Of a stretch of DNA of 64,000 bases, positions 25,941-38,345 are shown piece after piece. The stretch's first letter is position 1. Every line of letters starts with the position of its first letter. Under the pieces are notes generated by a model. The model was not told the DNA's origin, did no database searches, and saw only the letters and a program-made list of their open reading frames with translations. The stretch spans positions 8,868,001-8,932,000 of the forward strand of contig CM059433.1 of the NCBI GenBank assembly GCA_030390025.1. Direction: 5' to 3'. The position numbers and the translations under genes were made by a program. The stretch is from Squalus acanthias. Taxonomy: Eukaryota.

Positions 25941-26144
25941 AGATCCTCGCTGCTCACCACATCCCCATCATACCATCCCTGTCTCACGGAATATCACAGC
26001 GCCATGAACTTTAAAAACCGCGAATGCTAGAAATGCACAGCTAGATCAGCAGCTGAAAGAGAGAGGAAGTGTCGCCTTTCTTCAGAACTGTTGTTGATCG
26101 ATCCTACAGTTCCAACTTAATTTTTCTCAGGTATGCAATACAAT

Positions 26145-26886
26145 GGGCCAGAAATTCGGCTGTTGTCGGGGGAGTACGCGCTGTGTACTCACCCGTAAGG
26201 CCACCTGAAGTGCCGGTTTCACGCACGCACTGCGCATGCGCGGGAAACCGGAACTTCCGTTCCCCTGAAGGGAGGGGTTCAGAGGTCGAACGCGTGCACG
26301 GTAGAGGCTGCGCGCACGCAGCGAACTTCGTTTTTTTTTCAGGTTTCTCCGGGAAGGTAAGTATGAAGAAGCTGCACTTTTAAAAAGGAGGCGCAAGTGG
26401 TTAATTAATTACAATTTAAAAAAAATTTCAACAGCTTTATCTTTTTTAGATACTTTAAAGAAAGGTAAGTTTATTTTTAGCACCGTTACAAAGTATAATT
26501 AATTTTTTCAAAAATTAAAATTTTTGTTTAAAGTAGTTAATTTATTTAACTTATAGTTATTTTAAAAATGTGATGTTCTTTTTAAATTTATTTGAAGTTT
26601 AAGTGTAGTTTTGGGGTCGATCTCTATTCATAGATTTGACAGGTCTTCCTGTCAAATCTATGAATGAAAATGTCCTGCTAGGATTGGCTCTCCATGGCCC
26701 ACGTGATCCCAGGGGACGCTTCGAACTAACTGCACCCCTGGGATACGCAAGCACTGCGCGCCGGCAGCTGCAGGAGGCCCAGGACCCGAAGTCCTCGTGG
26801 GCCCAAAGCACAACTGCAGGCACGGTAGGCAAGTACGTGTGCGATGCTTGCACCCGCAGGAAGCATGAAAGCTGAATTTCTGGCCC
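26145..26886. mobile_element. Harbinger-type MITE with 3-bp TSD AAT
   Basis: TIRs GGGCCAGAAATTCGGC / GCTGAATTTCTGGCCC; AAT on both sides; CpG-rich ends, AT-rich centre. Confidence 0.85.
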
Positions 26887-27618
26887 AATGTGAGAAGAGG
26901 CTCGTTTCAAAGTTCCAATCATTCCATGGCGCATTTCATTCTAATCCTACCCACCCGAGCATCTCCAATCATCTCACAATGGGGATGTTTTTAATTAAAT
27001 GCAGACTTTATTCTGTTACTGATTAAATGTTAAACAGAAAAGAAGTTCCCACAACTGTATTTCAAATGTATTCTGAACATTGAGGGAAAATTACATGTCA
27101 CTGCACTCCAAAAGTAACAGATTATGTGAAACACTTTCGAGTTCTTCCAACCTGATATGGTGCTGCATAAATGCAGATATTATTATGAAGCTCTATGCAG
27201 CACACTTCCAAACGCCTGGCACATAACTATCATCTGACTATGGGCAGGACAGATTTACAGTGACTGAAGGAGTCATATTCTTCTTTTATTATGCAGGATC
27301 CTGGGATTTTCCTGGTGTTTTGGGGATCACATTCTTTGAAAACTGAAAATCAGGGGCTTTGATCACAGAGAGTCTGAAATGCTTTGCGACATGATTGGCT
27401 AATGGCTCTGTACACCTTCCTTTCACTAAAACTTAACCAGCTTGGAGCAATAGATCCAAGCTTGTCCAGCTTGTTTATAAAAAGCAGAGGTTCAGTATTA
27501 ACAAACCCCCCCACGAGGGGCGGGAGAGGGTCGGGGGTTAAAAATTAAAAACCGCGACACGCGGCCCCAAACCAGCCGCATACTGTAATTTACAGCATAA
27601 ATTGTAAGGTGCTGTGCC

Positions 27619-28023
27619 ACCACCTTAAACATTCACTCCCTCCACCACCGGCGTACCGTGGCTGCAGTGTGTACCATCTATAAGATGCACTGCAGCAACT
27701 CGCCAAGGCTTCTTCGGCAGAACCTCCCAAACCCGCGACCTCTTCCACCTAGAAGGACAAGGGCAGCAGGCGCATGGGAACACCACCACCTCCAAGTTCC
27801 CCTCCAAGTCACACACCATCCTGACTTGGAAGTATATCGGCCGATCCTTCATCGTCGCTGGGTCAAAATCCTGGAACTCCCTCCCTAACAGCACTGTGGG
27901 GGTACCTTCACCACACGGACTGCAGCGTTTCAAGAAGGAGGCTCACCACCACCTTCTCAAGGACAACTAGGGATGGGCAATAAATGCTGGCATTGCCAGC
28001 GACGCCCACATCCCATAAAAAAA
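27619..28023 (+). mobile_element. CR1-group LINE family B, 3' end
   Basis: Matches 32460-32860 and 46410-46810 (HSLHHRR..AAVCTIYKMHCSNSPRLL; gggatgggcaataaatgctggc). Confidence 0.85.
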
Positions 28024-28504
28024 AGAATTAAAAAATATATATCAGCACGAGGTCTTTACCTGCATGACAGGATGGCAATTAATACAAAGGAACAGGCCAG
28101 ACTTGGAGAAGGTCTCAGAAATTACAGGTCCATTTAAGGAGGCAACTGGCACGTTTCAGGTGTCAAGTTATCTTAAAGATGCCACTGTCGGGCTGTACGT
28201 AGCACTCCAGGATTTCAGTTCACTGGGCAGCAGGGCTTTCAGGCGTGGATTAGTTTTCAGATGGGGCATCGGAATCAGCGTGCCATAGACAAATGAAAAA
28301 AATAGTTTGACACGCTGGTGATTGTTCACACTCAATTGCTGCTGTGACAGCTCTATTCATTTCAACTCAGATGGGATCATTTCCAGTTAGAATGGTGGAT
28401 TGATTCCACTCTGGGGTGGGAGGATTGTTGGTTTGGCTAAAAGCGGAAACTGGATTCAGACTTTTTAAAATCAGAGTGAGCTGTAGCTGGTGGCAGTCAG
28501 GCAG

Positions 28505-29458
28505 CAAATGATTTAGATATGAATGTAGGAGGTATGATCAGTAAGTTCGCAGATGACACGAAAATTGGTGGAGTGGTAAATAGCGAGGAGGGAAGCCTCA
28601 GGCTACAGGACGATATAGACGGGTTGGTCAGATGGGCAGAACAGTGGCAAATGGAATTTAACCCTGAAAAGTGTGAGGTGATGCATTTTGGGAGGACTAA
28701 CAAGGCAAGGGAATACACAATGAATGGTAGGATCCTAGGAAGGACAGAGGATCAGAGGGACCTTGGTGTGCATGTACATAGATCCCTGAAGGCAGCAGGA
28801 CAGGTAGATAAGGTGGTTAAAAAGGCATATGGGACACTTGCCTTCATTAGCCGAAGCATAGAATATAAGAGCAGGGAGGTTATGATGGAGCTGTACAAAA
28901 CGCTAGTTAGGCCACAGCTGGAATACTGTGTGCAGTTCTGGTCGCCACACTATAGGAAGGATGTGATTGCATTGGAGAGGGTGCAAAGGAGATTCACCAG
29001 GATGTTACCTGGGCTGGAGCGCTTCAGCTATGAAGAGAGACTGGACAGGCTGGGGTTGTTTTCCTTGGAGCAGAGAAGGCTAAGGGGGGACCTGATTGAG
29101 GTGTACAAAATTATGAGGGGCGTAGATAGGGTAGATAGAAAGGAACTTTTCCCCTTAGTAGAGGGGTCAATAACCAGGGGGCATAGTTTCAAGGTAACGG
29201 GCAGGAGGTTTAGAGGGGATTTGAGGAAAAACTTTTTCACCCAGAGGGTGGTTGGAATCTGGAACTCACTGCCTGAAAGGGTGGTAGAGGCAGGAACCCG
29301 CACAACATTCAGGAAGCATTTAGATGAGCACTTGAAACGCCATAGCATACAAGGCTACGGTCAAGTGCTGGAAAATGGGATTAGAATAGACAGGGCTTGA
29401 TGGCCGGCGCGGACACGATGGGCCGAAGGGCCTCTTTCTGTGCTGTATAACTCTATGA
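28505..29458 (+). mobile_element. CR1 LINE 3' fragment with uninterrupted 293-aa RT C-terminal ORF
   Basis: ORF 28519..29400 SKFADDTK...WQMEFNPEKCEV...LVRPQLEYCVQFWSP. Confidence 0.94.
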
Positions 29459-29877
29459 CAAAGGGCTGCAAGGAAGCTGGAATACAGAAGAGATGAATTA
29501 GAAAATTTGCTTCACGACGACCCACTTTTAGCATAGCATTTTCTTTGTTTTTATACCACTACTCAAAGACAAGTTTTAAATATGGAAATAAGAGATTTCA
29601 ATCAGAACTGTTATTCTGTATGTTCACCTGGTGGAGAATAAAGCGGCATAATAGTTCATATCACTCTCATCTCATCGAACGTTCACTCAGCCTGCTTTCG
29701 GAGAGATTGAAGAAATACACAGGTCAAAGACAAAAGTATCTGGTGAAAATCACAAAGGGATGCTTTTGTTACATCCCTGAGTTATGTTATCATAAAAGCA
29801 GAGATAAGGCAGTGTGAGTCGACTCCTTTAAGATGCTCAAATCAGAGAAGATATCGACAGCAATCCCGAAATTCTAA

Positions 29878-30308
29878 CAGGCCTATACTCATTGGAGTTC
29901 AGAAGAATGAGAGGGGATCTTATTGAAACATATAAGATTCTGAGGGGGCTTGACAGGGTAGATGCAGAGAGGATGTTTCCCCTCGTGGGGGAATCTAGAA
30001 CTAGGGGGCATAATTTCAGAATAAGGGGTCGCCCATTTAAAATGGAGATGAGGAGGAATTTCTTCTCTCAGAGGGTCGTGAATCTTTGGAATTCTCTTCC
30101 CCAGAGAGCTGTGGAGGCTGGGTCATTGAATATATTTAAGGTGGAGATGGACAGATTTTTGAATGGCAAGGGAGTCAAGGGTTATGGGGAGCGGGCAGGG
30201 AAGTGGAGTTGGGGCCAAGATCAGATCAGCCATGATCTTATTGAGTGGCGGAGCAGGCTCGAGGGGCCAAATGACCGACTCCTGCTCCTACGTCTTATGT
30301 TCTTATGT
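29878..30308 (+). mobile_element. CR1 LINE 3' fragment
   Basis: Closely similar to 11730-12152. Confidence 0.92.
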
Positions 30309-30617
30309 TCAGACATTCTTGTATATAAAAGCCTGGATGGATTAGGGAAGACAAAATCTTAGACCTTGCCCAAGCTCAGGGTGAATACCACCCAGTCTTT
30401 ACGTCTGGTTCCTCTTCTCACTCATCACATAGGCATAAACATAAACATCACATCCAGTTAGTATCTTGCAATACGAACCCCATTTTATAGGCGTGGCTTT
30501 GAGCTAGAATTCTATTAGTTGTCCCTTTTCTGTCATTGTAGGCCTGGAAGAACAGTGCACTAGCATTGGCAGTGGCCCAGAACATCACAGTGCTTCACAG
30601 CCCCTTTCACCAAGGTT

Positions 30618-31430
30618 AACATAAGGAAACATAAGAAATAGGAGCAGGAGTGGGCCATTTGGCCCTTCGAGCCTGCTCCGCCATTCAATAAGATCATGGC
30701 TGATCTTCTACCTCAACTCCACTTTCCTGAGCTATCCCCATATCCCTTGATTCCCTTAATATTGAAAAATCTATCGATCTCTGTTTTGAATATACTCAAC
30801 GACTGAGTCTCCACAGCCCTCTGGGGTAGAGAATTCCAAAGATTCACCACCCTCTGAGTGAAGAAATGTCTCCTCCTCTCAGTCCTAAATGGCTGACCCC
30901 TTATTCTGATGCGGAGATGCCGGCGTTGGACTGGGGTGAACAAAAATGAGAAGTCGCACAACACCAGGTTATAGTCCAACAGATTTATTTAAAATTACAA
31001 GCTTTCGGAGTTCCTTATTCTGAGACTGTGACCCCTGGCTCTAGACTCCCTAGCCAGGGGAAACATCCTCCCTGCATCTATCCTGTCAAGCCCTGTAAGA
31101 ATTTTGTATGTTTCAATGAGATCACCTCTCATTCTTCTAAACTCTAGAGAATATAGGCCTAGTCTACTCAATCTCTCCTCATAGGACAATCCCCCCATCC
31201 CAGGAATCAGTCTGGAGAACCATTGTTGCACTCCCTCTATGGCAAGTATATCCTTGAATATATTCAAGGCTGAGATAGACAGATTTTTGAGCAACAGGGG
31301 AGTCGAGGGTTATGGGGAGAGGGCAGGAAAGTGGAGTTGAGGCCAAAATCGGATCAGCCATGATCTCATTAAATGGCGGAGCAGGCTCGAGGGGCCGAAT
31401 GGCCTGCTCCTGGCTCCTATTTCTTATGTT
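30618..31430. mobile_element. Two CR1 3' ends head-to-head (minus ~30618-31253, plus ~31254-31430)
   Basis: CR1 ORFs 30713..30979 and 30995..31294 on minus; plus-strand CR1 tail ending ctcctatttcttatgtt. Confidence 0.8.
30910..31012 (-). mobile_element. Penelope-like family 1 fragment inserted in CR1, 11-bp TSD CCTTATTCTGA
   Basis: Matches 4389-4492; TSD at 30899-30909 and 31013-31023. Confidence 0.8.
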
Positions 31431-32249
31431 GAAAAAGACCAAAACTGTACACAATACTCCACTGTCTCTCAGTTTGCAAGCATCAGCCCAGCTGCACATA
31501 TCCTGGAGGATGCGCTCGAGGAGGTCGCGCCTGACAAGTCGCAGAGCTCAAGTGAGAGGGACCAAGTAGTCACATTAAAGGAGAAGCAGGGAGCCTGCTG
31601 CTCTAACGGCCACAAAGCGACCATCAGTGACAACCTCGACTGTGGGAAATGCAGCAGTGCAGTGTCATTAGATGGCCATGGCATCCTGCTGCTGCTATTC
31701 GCTGGGAAAGGAGAAGAAAGCGCCGGCCAGGTGACCAGTGCCTCAGTTACACGTTTGTTGTGTGTGTGGGCAGCACATTGACTGACGCTGTTGCTGATCC
31801 CTGTGGTAGGCTGGATGGAGTCGAGGGCAGGAGTGCTGAGGTCAGAGCTGACCTTGCCTGCCATTGACAGCGCAATCCTTGCAGTGGATGGCACCGTGTG
31901 GTTATTTTAAGTTCCACATTCTGTAATGACAAAAAAAAATTACAAATAACTCAGAGATTACATTCCTTTCATAAAACTGTCCAAATATCTTTAACAAAAG
32001 GCAATGATAAAAACATACTGTAAAATTGCAAAATAAAAATTTAAACCTTGTGCCTCTTTAAGAGCTCCATCACACTTGAGGTTTCCCTCAGGCCCACACC
32101 ACAATCCCATCTTAAGCAGACGGAAAATCGTGCTACACTTAAATTAAATGCATTCGAGGCTTGTGCCTGTGCAAGACCGCTTTAGAGTAGCCTAAAAGAA
32201 CAACTAGATAGTCATGCTCAGGGCGAAGGTAGCACAGATCCAGCAGCAT

Positions 32250-32875
32250 GCTGTGGCAACAAGAGCAGGTCAGAGACTGGGTATTCTGCGGCGAGTGTCT
32301 CACCTCCTGACTCCCCAAAGCCTTTCCACCATCTACAAGGCTCGAGTAAGGAGTGTGGTGGAATACTCTCCACTTGCCTGGATGAGTGCAGCTCCAATAA
32401 CACTCAAGAAGCTCGACACCATCCAGGACAAAGCAGCCCGCTTGATTGGCACCCCATCCACCACCTTAAACATTCACTCCCTCCACCACCGGTGTACCGT
32501 GGCTGCAGTGCGTACCATCTACAAGATGCACTGCAGCAACTCGCCAAGGCTTCTTCGGCAGCACCTCCCAAACCCGCGACCTCTTCCACCTAGAAGGACA
32601 AGGGCAGCAGGCGCATGGGAACACCACCACCTCCAAGTTCCCCTCCAAGTCACACACCATCCTGACTTGGAAGAATATCGGCCAATCCTTCATCGTCGCT
32701 GGGTCAAAATCCTGGAACTCCCTCCCTAACAGCACTGTGGGAGTACCATCACCACACGGACTGCAGCGGTTCAAGAAGGCGGTTCACCACCACCTTCTCA
32801 AGGACAACTAGGGATGGGCAATAAATGCTGGCATTGCCAGCGATGCTCACATCCCATAAAAACAAATAAAAAAAA
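32250..32875 (+). mobile_element. CR1-group LINE family B, 3' fragment
   Basis: ORF 32214..32729 AGQRLGILRRV...YKARVRSVVEYSPLAW. Confidence 0.88.
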
Positions 32876-33155
32876 ACATGGATCTGTATCTGCATTTCCA
32901 GCCCATTCTGGGCCTGCATCATCGGTCGTGGTGACCAAAAAAATCTACCAACATCTTGGGGAATAAACGCCATTGTGTTTAATTGGGCCTTTACTCTTCG
33001 CAAAACAGCCATGATACCCTTTTGAAGGTTGGCATTGTAACTAATGTTTCTGGTTTATATTTCAAACAGTATTTCCTCATTATTACATTGCATACTGTTT
33101 CTTAATGCTTAATGATTACTCCAGTAGTTCTGTGGATGTAATTACAAATTTCAGA

Positions 33156-33853
33156 ACAAAAACAACTACTTGTATTTATATAGCGCCTTTAATGTAGTAA
33201 AACGTCCCAAGGTGCTTCACAGGAGTATTTTAAGACAAACAATTTGACACCGATCCACATAAGGAGAAATTAGGGCAGGTGACCAAAAGCTTGGTCAAAG
33301 AGGTAGGTTTTAAGGATCGTCTTAAAGGAGGAAAGAGAGGTAGAGAGGCGGAGAGGTTTAGGCAGGGAATTCCAGAGCTTAGGGCCCAGGCAACAGAAGG
33401 CACGGCCACCAATGGTTGAGCGATTATAATCAAGGATGCTCAAGAGGGCAGAATTAGAGGAGCGCAGATATCTTCGGGTGGGGGGGGGTTGTGGAGGCTG
33501 AGGAGATTACAGAGATAGGAAGGGGCGAGGCCATGGAGGGATTTGAAAACAAGGATGAGAATTTTGAAATCGAGGCGCTGCTTAACCGGGAGCCATGTAG
33601 GTCAGCGAGCACAGGGGTGATGGGCGAACGGGACTTGGTTCAAGTTAGGACACGGGCAGCCGAGTTTTGGATGACCTCAAGTTTACGTAGGGTGGAATGT
33701 GGGAGGCCAGCCAGGAGTGCGTTGGAATAGTCAAGTCTAGAGGTAACGAAGGCATGGATGAGGGATTCAGCAGCAGATGAGCTGAGGCAAGGGCGGAGAC
33801 GGGCGATGTTACGGTGGTGGAAGTAGGCGGTCTTTGTTATGCTGCGGATATGT
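33156..33853 (-). mobile_element. L2 LINE 3' fragment
   Basis: Matches 20671-21360. Confidence 0.9.
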
Positions 33854-34576
33854 GCATTTACAAATCAATAAAACATTAAGCAGAAATGAATTGCTGATAC
33901 TTAGAGTATAATATTCAGCAGGATGTAGTGTCAGAGACCTGGAGCATGCCTGGGTTTACGTACCTTCAGGCCCAGAAGGACCGTTCGAGAGTCGCATTTA
34001 CTCAAGTATTTCTCCCCCTCCCCTCTTGTTGATTATGAACTACGGACGGTCTCTGCCATTCCAACTTATGTCCGGATCAAAAGACTTTGCAGAGGGGGGC
34101 ATGTGGTGAATTTACTTGAGCACAAATGGAGATAGGGTTGTTGCCATCTTGCCAGTAGGATCGATGATAGAGACTTCGAGTGCTTGAGCTTTGAACAGAA
34201 ATGGGCTGGTTGGCCAAGGGGGGTTGGGAACAGAGAAGAGCTCCCTGTGTTCTGGACTTGCTGATTTTTTTCTTCTGATAAAAGGTCAGATAGAAAAGAA
34301 AAAAAATTACAAAAGCTGGAAATCTGAAATAAATCAGAAAATACTCGCAATGCACAACAGGTCTTACAGTGTCTAAAAAGTAAAGGTGGGTAAGATTTTG
34401 GATAGATGTCCCTCATCAGAACTCATTAAAGAGAATGAATGGCCAATTGCTGTGAACTGATATTAGTGTAGCAAATGGGCGCAAAAATGTTATTCCAAAA
34501 ATAAAATGCTGATTCCTGTTTCTGCTCTACTTGGGTACAGTAGTGTAGTGATTAGGTTAATGGACTATATATCATA

Positions 34577-36200
34577 TGTGGGTGGAACAAATGAAGGACA
34601 GAGACACGATGAGTTGCTAGTTCATGTGCTTGTTTATTAGGCCAGAGCGAACTGAGCATGCTCATACCAAACCATGTGATAATACACGACACTGCTTTCC
34701 CCCTTAAAAAAAATGTGTACATATTCCCCTCTCAAATACAATAAAACTATGGTCCCACCTTTCCCAGCATTACATGAACCACCTAACAAAAACTCCTGGC
34801 TTTTTTTCTTTTAAATGAACTATAAATCCAGTTTAATAACAGGTTTGCGGAGCCTTCCTGATCTCCTTACAGATGGTTTTGGCGTTGAACCAATTTTCGA
34901 GCTGTTTTGTTCTGGTTCCGAACTCAAAGATGATCCTGTTTCTATCTCAGACTTGTTTGAGCCTGTATGTTTCACATCAATCCACTTTGAGTGACTTTCT
35001 ACAAGTACCAGGAAATAATCATTTGCTTTCTCACAGAAGTCTACACGTACTCTCTGAAAAGGTCTACTTGGCCATGACCAGGGTTGTAGTGGAGTTTTAG
35101 GTGGGTTTTTTCTGCAATTTTGGCAAACACTGCATTTATTGACAAGTGATTCAAGATCACTGTCCAATCCAGGCCAGTAAACAAAGCTTCTTGCAATTGA
35201 TTTCATACTGACGATCCCTGGATGTTCAGTATGAAGTTCGGCTAGAATTCTATCTCTTAAAGAAGTAGGTACCACCACTCTGTTTCCCCACTTGATACAA
35301 CCTTGCTCACAAGACAATTCAGTACGACGGTTATGGAATGGTTTCAATTCTGTGTCCATACGCTGATCAGTCCATCCATTCAAGGTGTTTTCAGACACTC
35401 TTTTCAGTACTGAGTCCTTTTGAGTCTCATCTGAAATCTGAGTCGCATTCACGGGAAAGTCTTTGTCAATTGCACCTAGCGTGAAAATCTCACCTTCACT
35501 CCCAACATATGAGTCATCATGTGGCAACCTGGACAAGGCATCTGCGATTGCGTTTTGCTTTGAAGTGCAATATTCAATCGTGCAGTCACATTGTGACAAC
35601 AACACAGCCCAACATTGCATTCTTGATGCGGCCATTGCAGGGATGGCAGATTTGGGCCTCAATATTGCTAGGAGCGGTTTGTGATCGGTTATCAGGGTAA
35701 ACTTTCTGCCAATTAGGAACTGATCATTTCTTGATTCCAAATACCATGGCGAGTGCTTCCTTTTCAATTTGCGTGTAGTTTCTTTCGCTCATAGTGAGGG
35801 TTCGCGATGTGAACGTGATTGGTTTCTCTTGACCGTTGTCCATTGTGTGGCGTATGACAGCTCCCACATCATAGCTGGAAGCATCACACACTAACTTAAG
35901 CTCACGCTCTGTGTTGTAGTGCACAAGTAGAGCATCGCTAGAGAGACTTCTCTTACAAGCATCGTAAGCTTCCTGTTGCGCTTTCGTCCACTTCCACTGG
36001 ACATCCTTCTTGAGGAGCTCGTGCAATGGAGCTAACATGGTCACTAACTCAGGTAAGAAACGTGCGTAGTACTGGACCATTCCAAGGAAAGATCTTAACT
36101 CAGACTCATTCTGTGGCTTTGGAGTATTGATGACAGCATCATCCTTTCCCTTTACTGGTTGCAAGCCATTTGCATCAGTTTTCAGACCAAGGTACATCAA
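34577..36200 (-). mobile_element. Ty3/Gypsy LTR retrotransposon remnant (RT end, RNase H, integrase, PPT, 3' LTR)
   Basis: ORF 35724..36308 LRSFLGMVQYY...LVCDASSY..GAV...ERNYTQIEKEALA; ORF 34820..35767 TDHKPL...IADALSRLP, H.EHPG...C..C, integrase core largely deleted; PPT AAGGGGGAAAGCAG then TGTCG at 34691. Confidence 0.9.
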
Positions 36201-36479
36201 CCTGGCTTTCAATGGTGCAAAATTAAGAATAAAACTACAAGCTCTCCTATCGCATGGGTGTTGTGGTACTAAGCCATACAGCCTAGAAGATCCAAGGCTC
36301 ATCGCCATTATATAGTTAGTTAGCTGATATCAGCTGAAACAGTGATGGGGGACTGCAATTAACGCCATCATCCCTGAACTGGGGAGAGGAAAAAGTCAAC
36401 TAAGGTTCCTCGACCTGATTGCTAGTCAATGGCCACCTAAGAATGTGTGTGGCCATGTGTGGACATCAGGTGAGGACAG

Positions 36480-38345
36480 GATCTGGCTCAGGTGCAACAT
36501 CTCCCACAATGGATTCACCTGCCAACACATACTGGCTAGACTCTCAAACACCCTTTCTAATTCCAACCTTCTCCGTCTCTGTCCTGCCACCCACACTGAC
36601 ATCGATCCCTCAGTCAATCTCCTCTACAACTGTCTTGTCTCCAACGTTAATGCTCTCGTTCCTCCCAGATTCCAGACGGTTCCCCACCCCCGCCATCACA
36701 GAGTACAACTAGCACTTCTGCAACAACAAATCCCAAGGGAGTCTGCTCAAACACATTTAGTAATCAATCAGCCCGGCTGTCTGCCACCAGATTGGACCAC
36801 CGCTAGCTGTACCATTACTCTCTCTCCTTAGCTAAAACTGTTTGCTACTCCGAGATCAGCCGGGAGAGCAGAAACAACTTCAAACTCATCTTCTGTACCA
36901 CAAGCCATTTCCTCAGACCTCCCTCCCACACATTCTCCATCTTCACCTTCAACTCAAAAAGGAAAGGAACTAATGCACCTTTTCCTGTCCAAAATCAAAG
37001 CCATGTGCAAACCTGCTGCTGTCTCCTCGTCAGTTCCCCTCCCTCACAACTCTTAGCCCCCTCTGCTACACTAACTTATCCCATTCTCTGCAGTTACTCC
37101 CTTATCTCCCCTTCACCCTTCAGCATACTCATCTTTCTGTGAAGCCCGTTGCCAGCTCCCTCAATCCCATCCCAGCTTCTGATCACTCAATTTCACTTCC
37201 TAAGGCATGTATAAGGCATAGATCTGGTAAATGATCATCCCAGTGCCTTACACCTAGCAAGTCATTGCTCATACTTTATCAGGTATAAAATCAGGGTAGT
37301 ACCGTGGCTTCATCTGAAATCCTTGCCAGAGGCCCTCAATTACCACTTTAGTCTAACATCGTCATAATTACCAACATCGTCAACCTGTGTCCGTCCTCCG
37401 GCACTGTCCTCCTTCAAGACTGCAATTATCACCCTCCAGAAACCAACCCTCCTCAACCCTCCATTCTCTCTAACTGCTGCCCATTTCCAACTTATTCTTG
37501 CTTTCAAAGGCCCTTCAATGTGTCAGTGCCTCACGATTGTAATCCTACCTTTCCCACGACTCTTGTTAAAAACTATCCAATCTGCCTTCTGCCCTGTCCA
37601 CGGCAGTGAGACCACATTTGTCAAAGCCACAGAGCAACATGCTGCATGACTGCGACCGTGGCTTACCGAATCTCTATAATGGGCCAACATTGGACATCGG
37701 AGGCTTCCCGCGGCCGGACGCCTCCGACCGGCAAAACGTCTACCAAAGTACCTGGTGGCCCGGGAGGAATGGTGGCTTGCGCTCCTGGGCCTCTCCGGGT
37801 CCGCGCAGGCAGAGCCCCCACGTATCCCAGGGGCGCAGGCGGTTCGTAGGCACTCCTGGGATCACGTGGGCCGGCCCAACCAATAAAAGAAGGGAATCCC
37901 CATTCATACTTTTGACAGGTCCGTACGTACAGAACTGTCAAAAGCTTGAATGGGGATCACTTAAAAAATACACCAACACATTAAATTTTAAAAAATTAAA
38001 TTACATATCTAAAATTAATTAAAATACCATTTAATTAAATATTTTAAATAGCGCAACTCTCCACCTGCGGGCCCGTCTCCCGGGGATGCGGAGGGTCTGT
38101 CAATTCTTGACAGACCGCAAGTGCCGGGTTTCAGCGCACGCGCTTCGCACGCCTAAACCCGGGACTTGAGCGGCCCCTACGGGCGCGTGCGCACCTCGTA
38201 CACACCTGTGGGGGTCGCAAAATACAGCCCATTATTCTTGACCTCTCCAACACCTTTGCAGCATTGACCGCTCCATCCTCTTGCAAGGTCTCCCTCTGCT
38301 TAGATGGCACTTTAATGGCACTGCTCTCTCCCAGTTGCACTCAAA
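36480..38345 (+). mobile_element. Old, degraded L2-like ORF2 remnant (split by MITE)
   Basis: C-rich degenerate sequence resembling L2 RT coding: ttcaagactgcaatt..., caatctgccttctgccctgtccacggcagtgagacc, cttgacctctc..cctttgcagcattgacc. Confidence 0.45.
37681..38230. mobile_element. Harbinger-type MITE
   Basis: GGGCCAACATT ... AAAATACAGCCC ends, flanks AAT/ATT; shares gggatcacgtgggcc..ccaat module with 26145-26886. Confidence 0.65.

Noticed and set aside
26086..26130. 45-bp micro-exon (tttcttcag...CTCAG|gtatgc)
   Set aside because: Splice-like signals only; the peptide TVVDRSYSSNLIFL is unrecognised and no partner exons were found
28519..29400. Long open ORFs (also 44489..45355, 59005..59706) as host genes
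   Set aside because: They are 5'-truncated CR1 RT C-termini with LINE tails and many paralogous copies in the window
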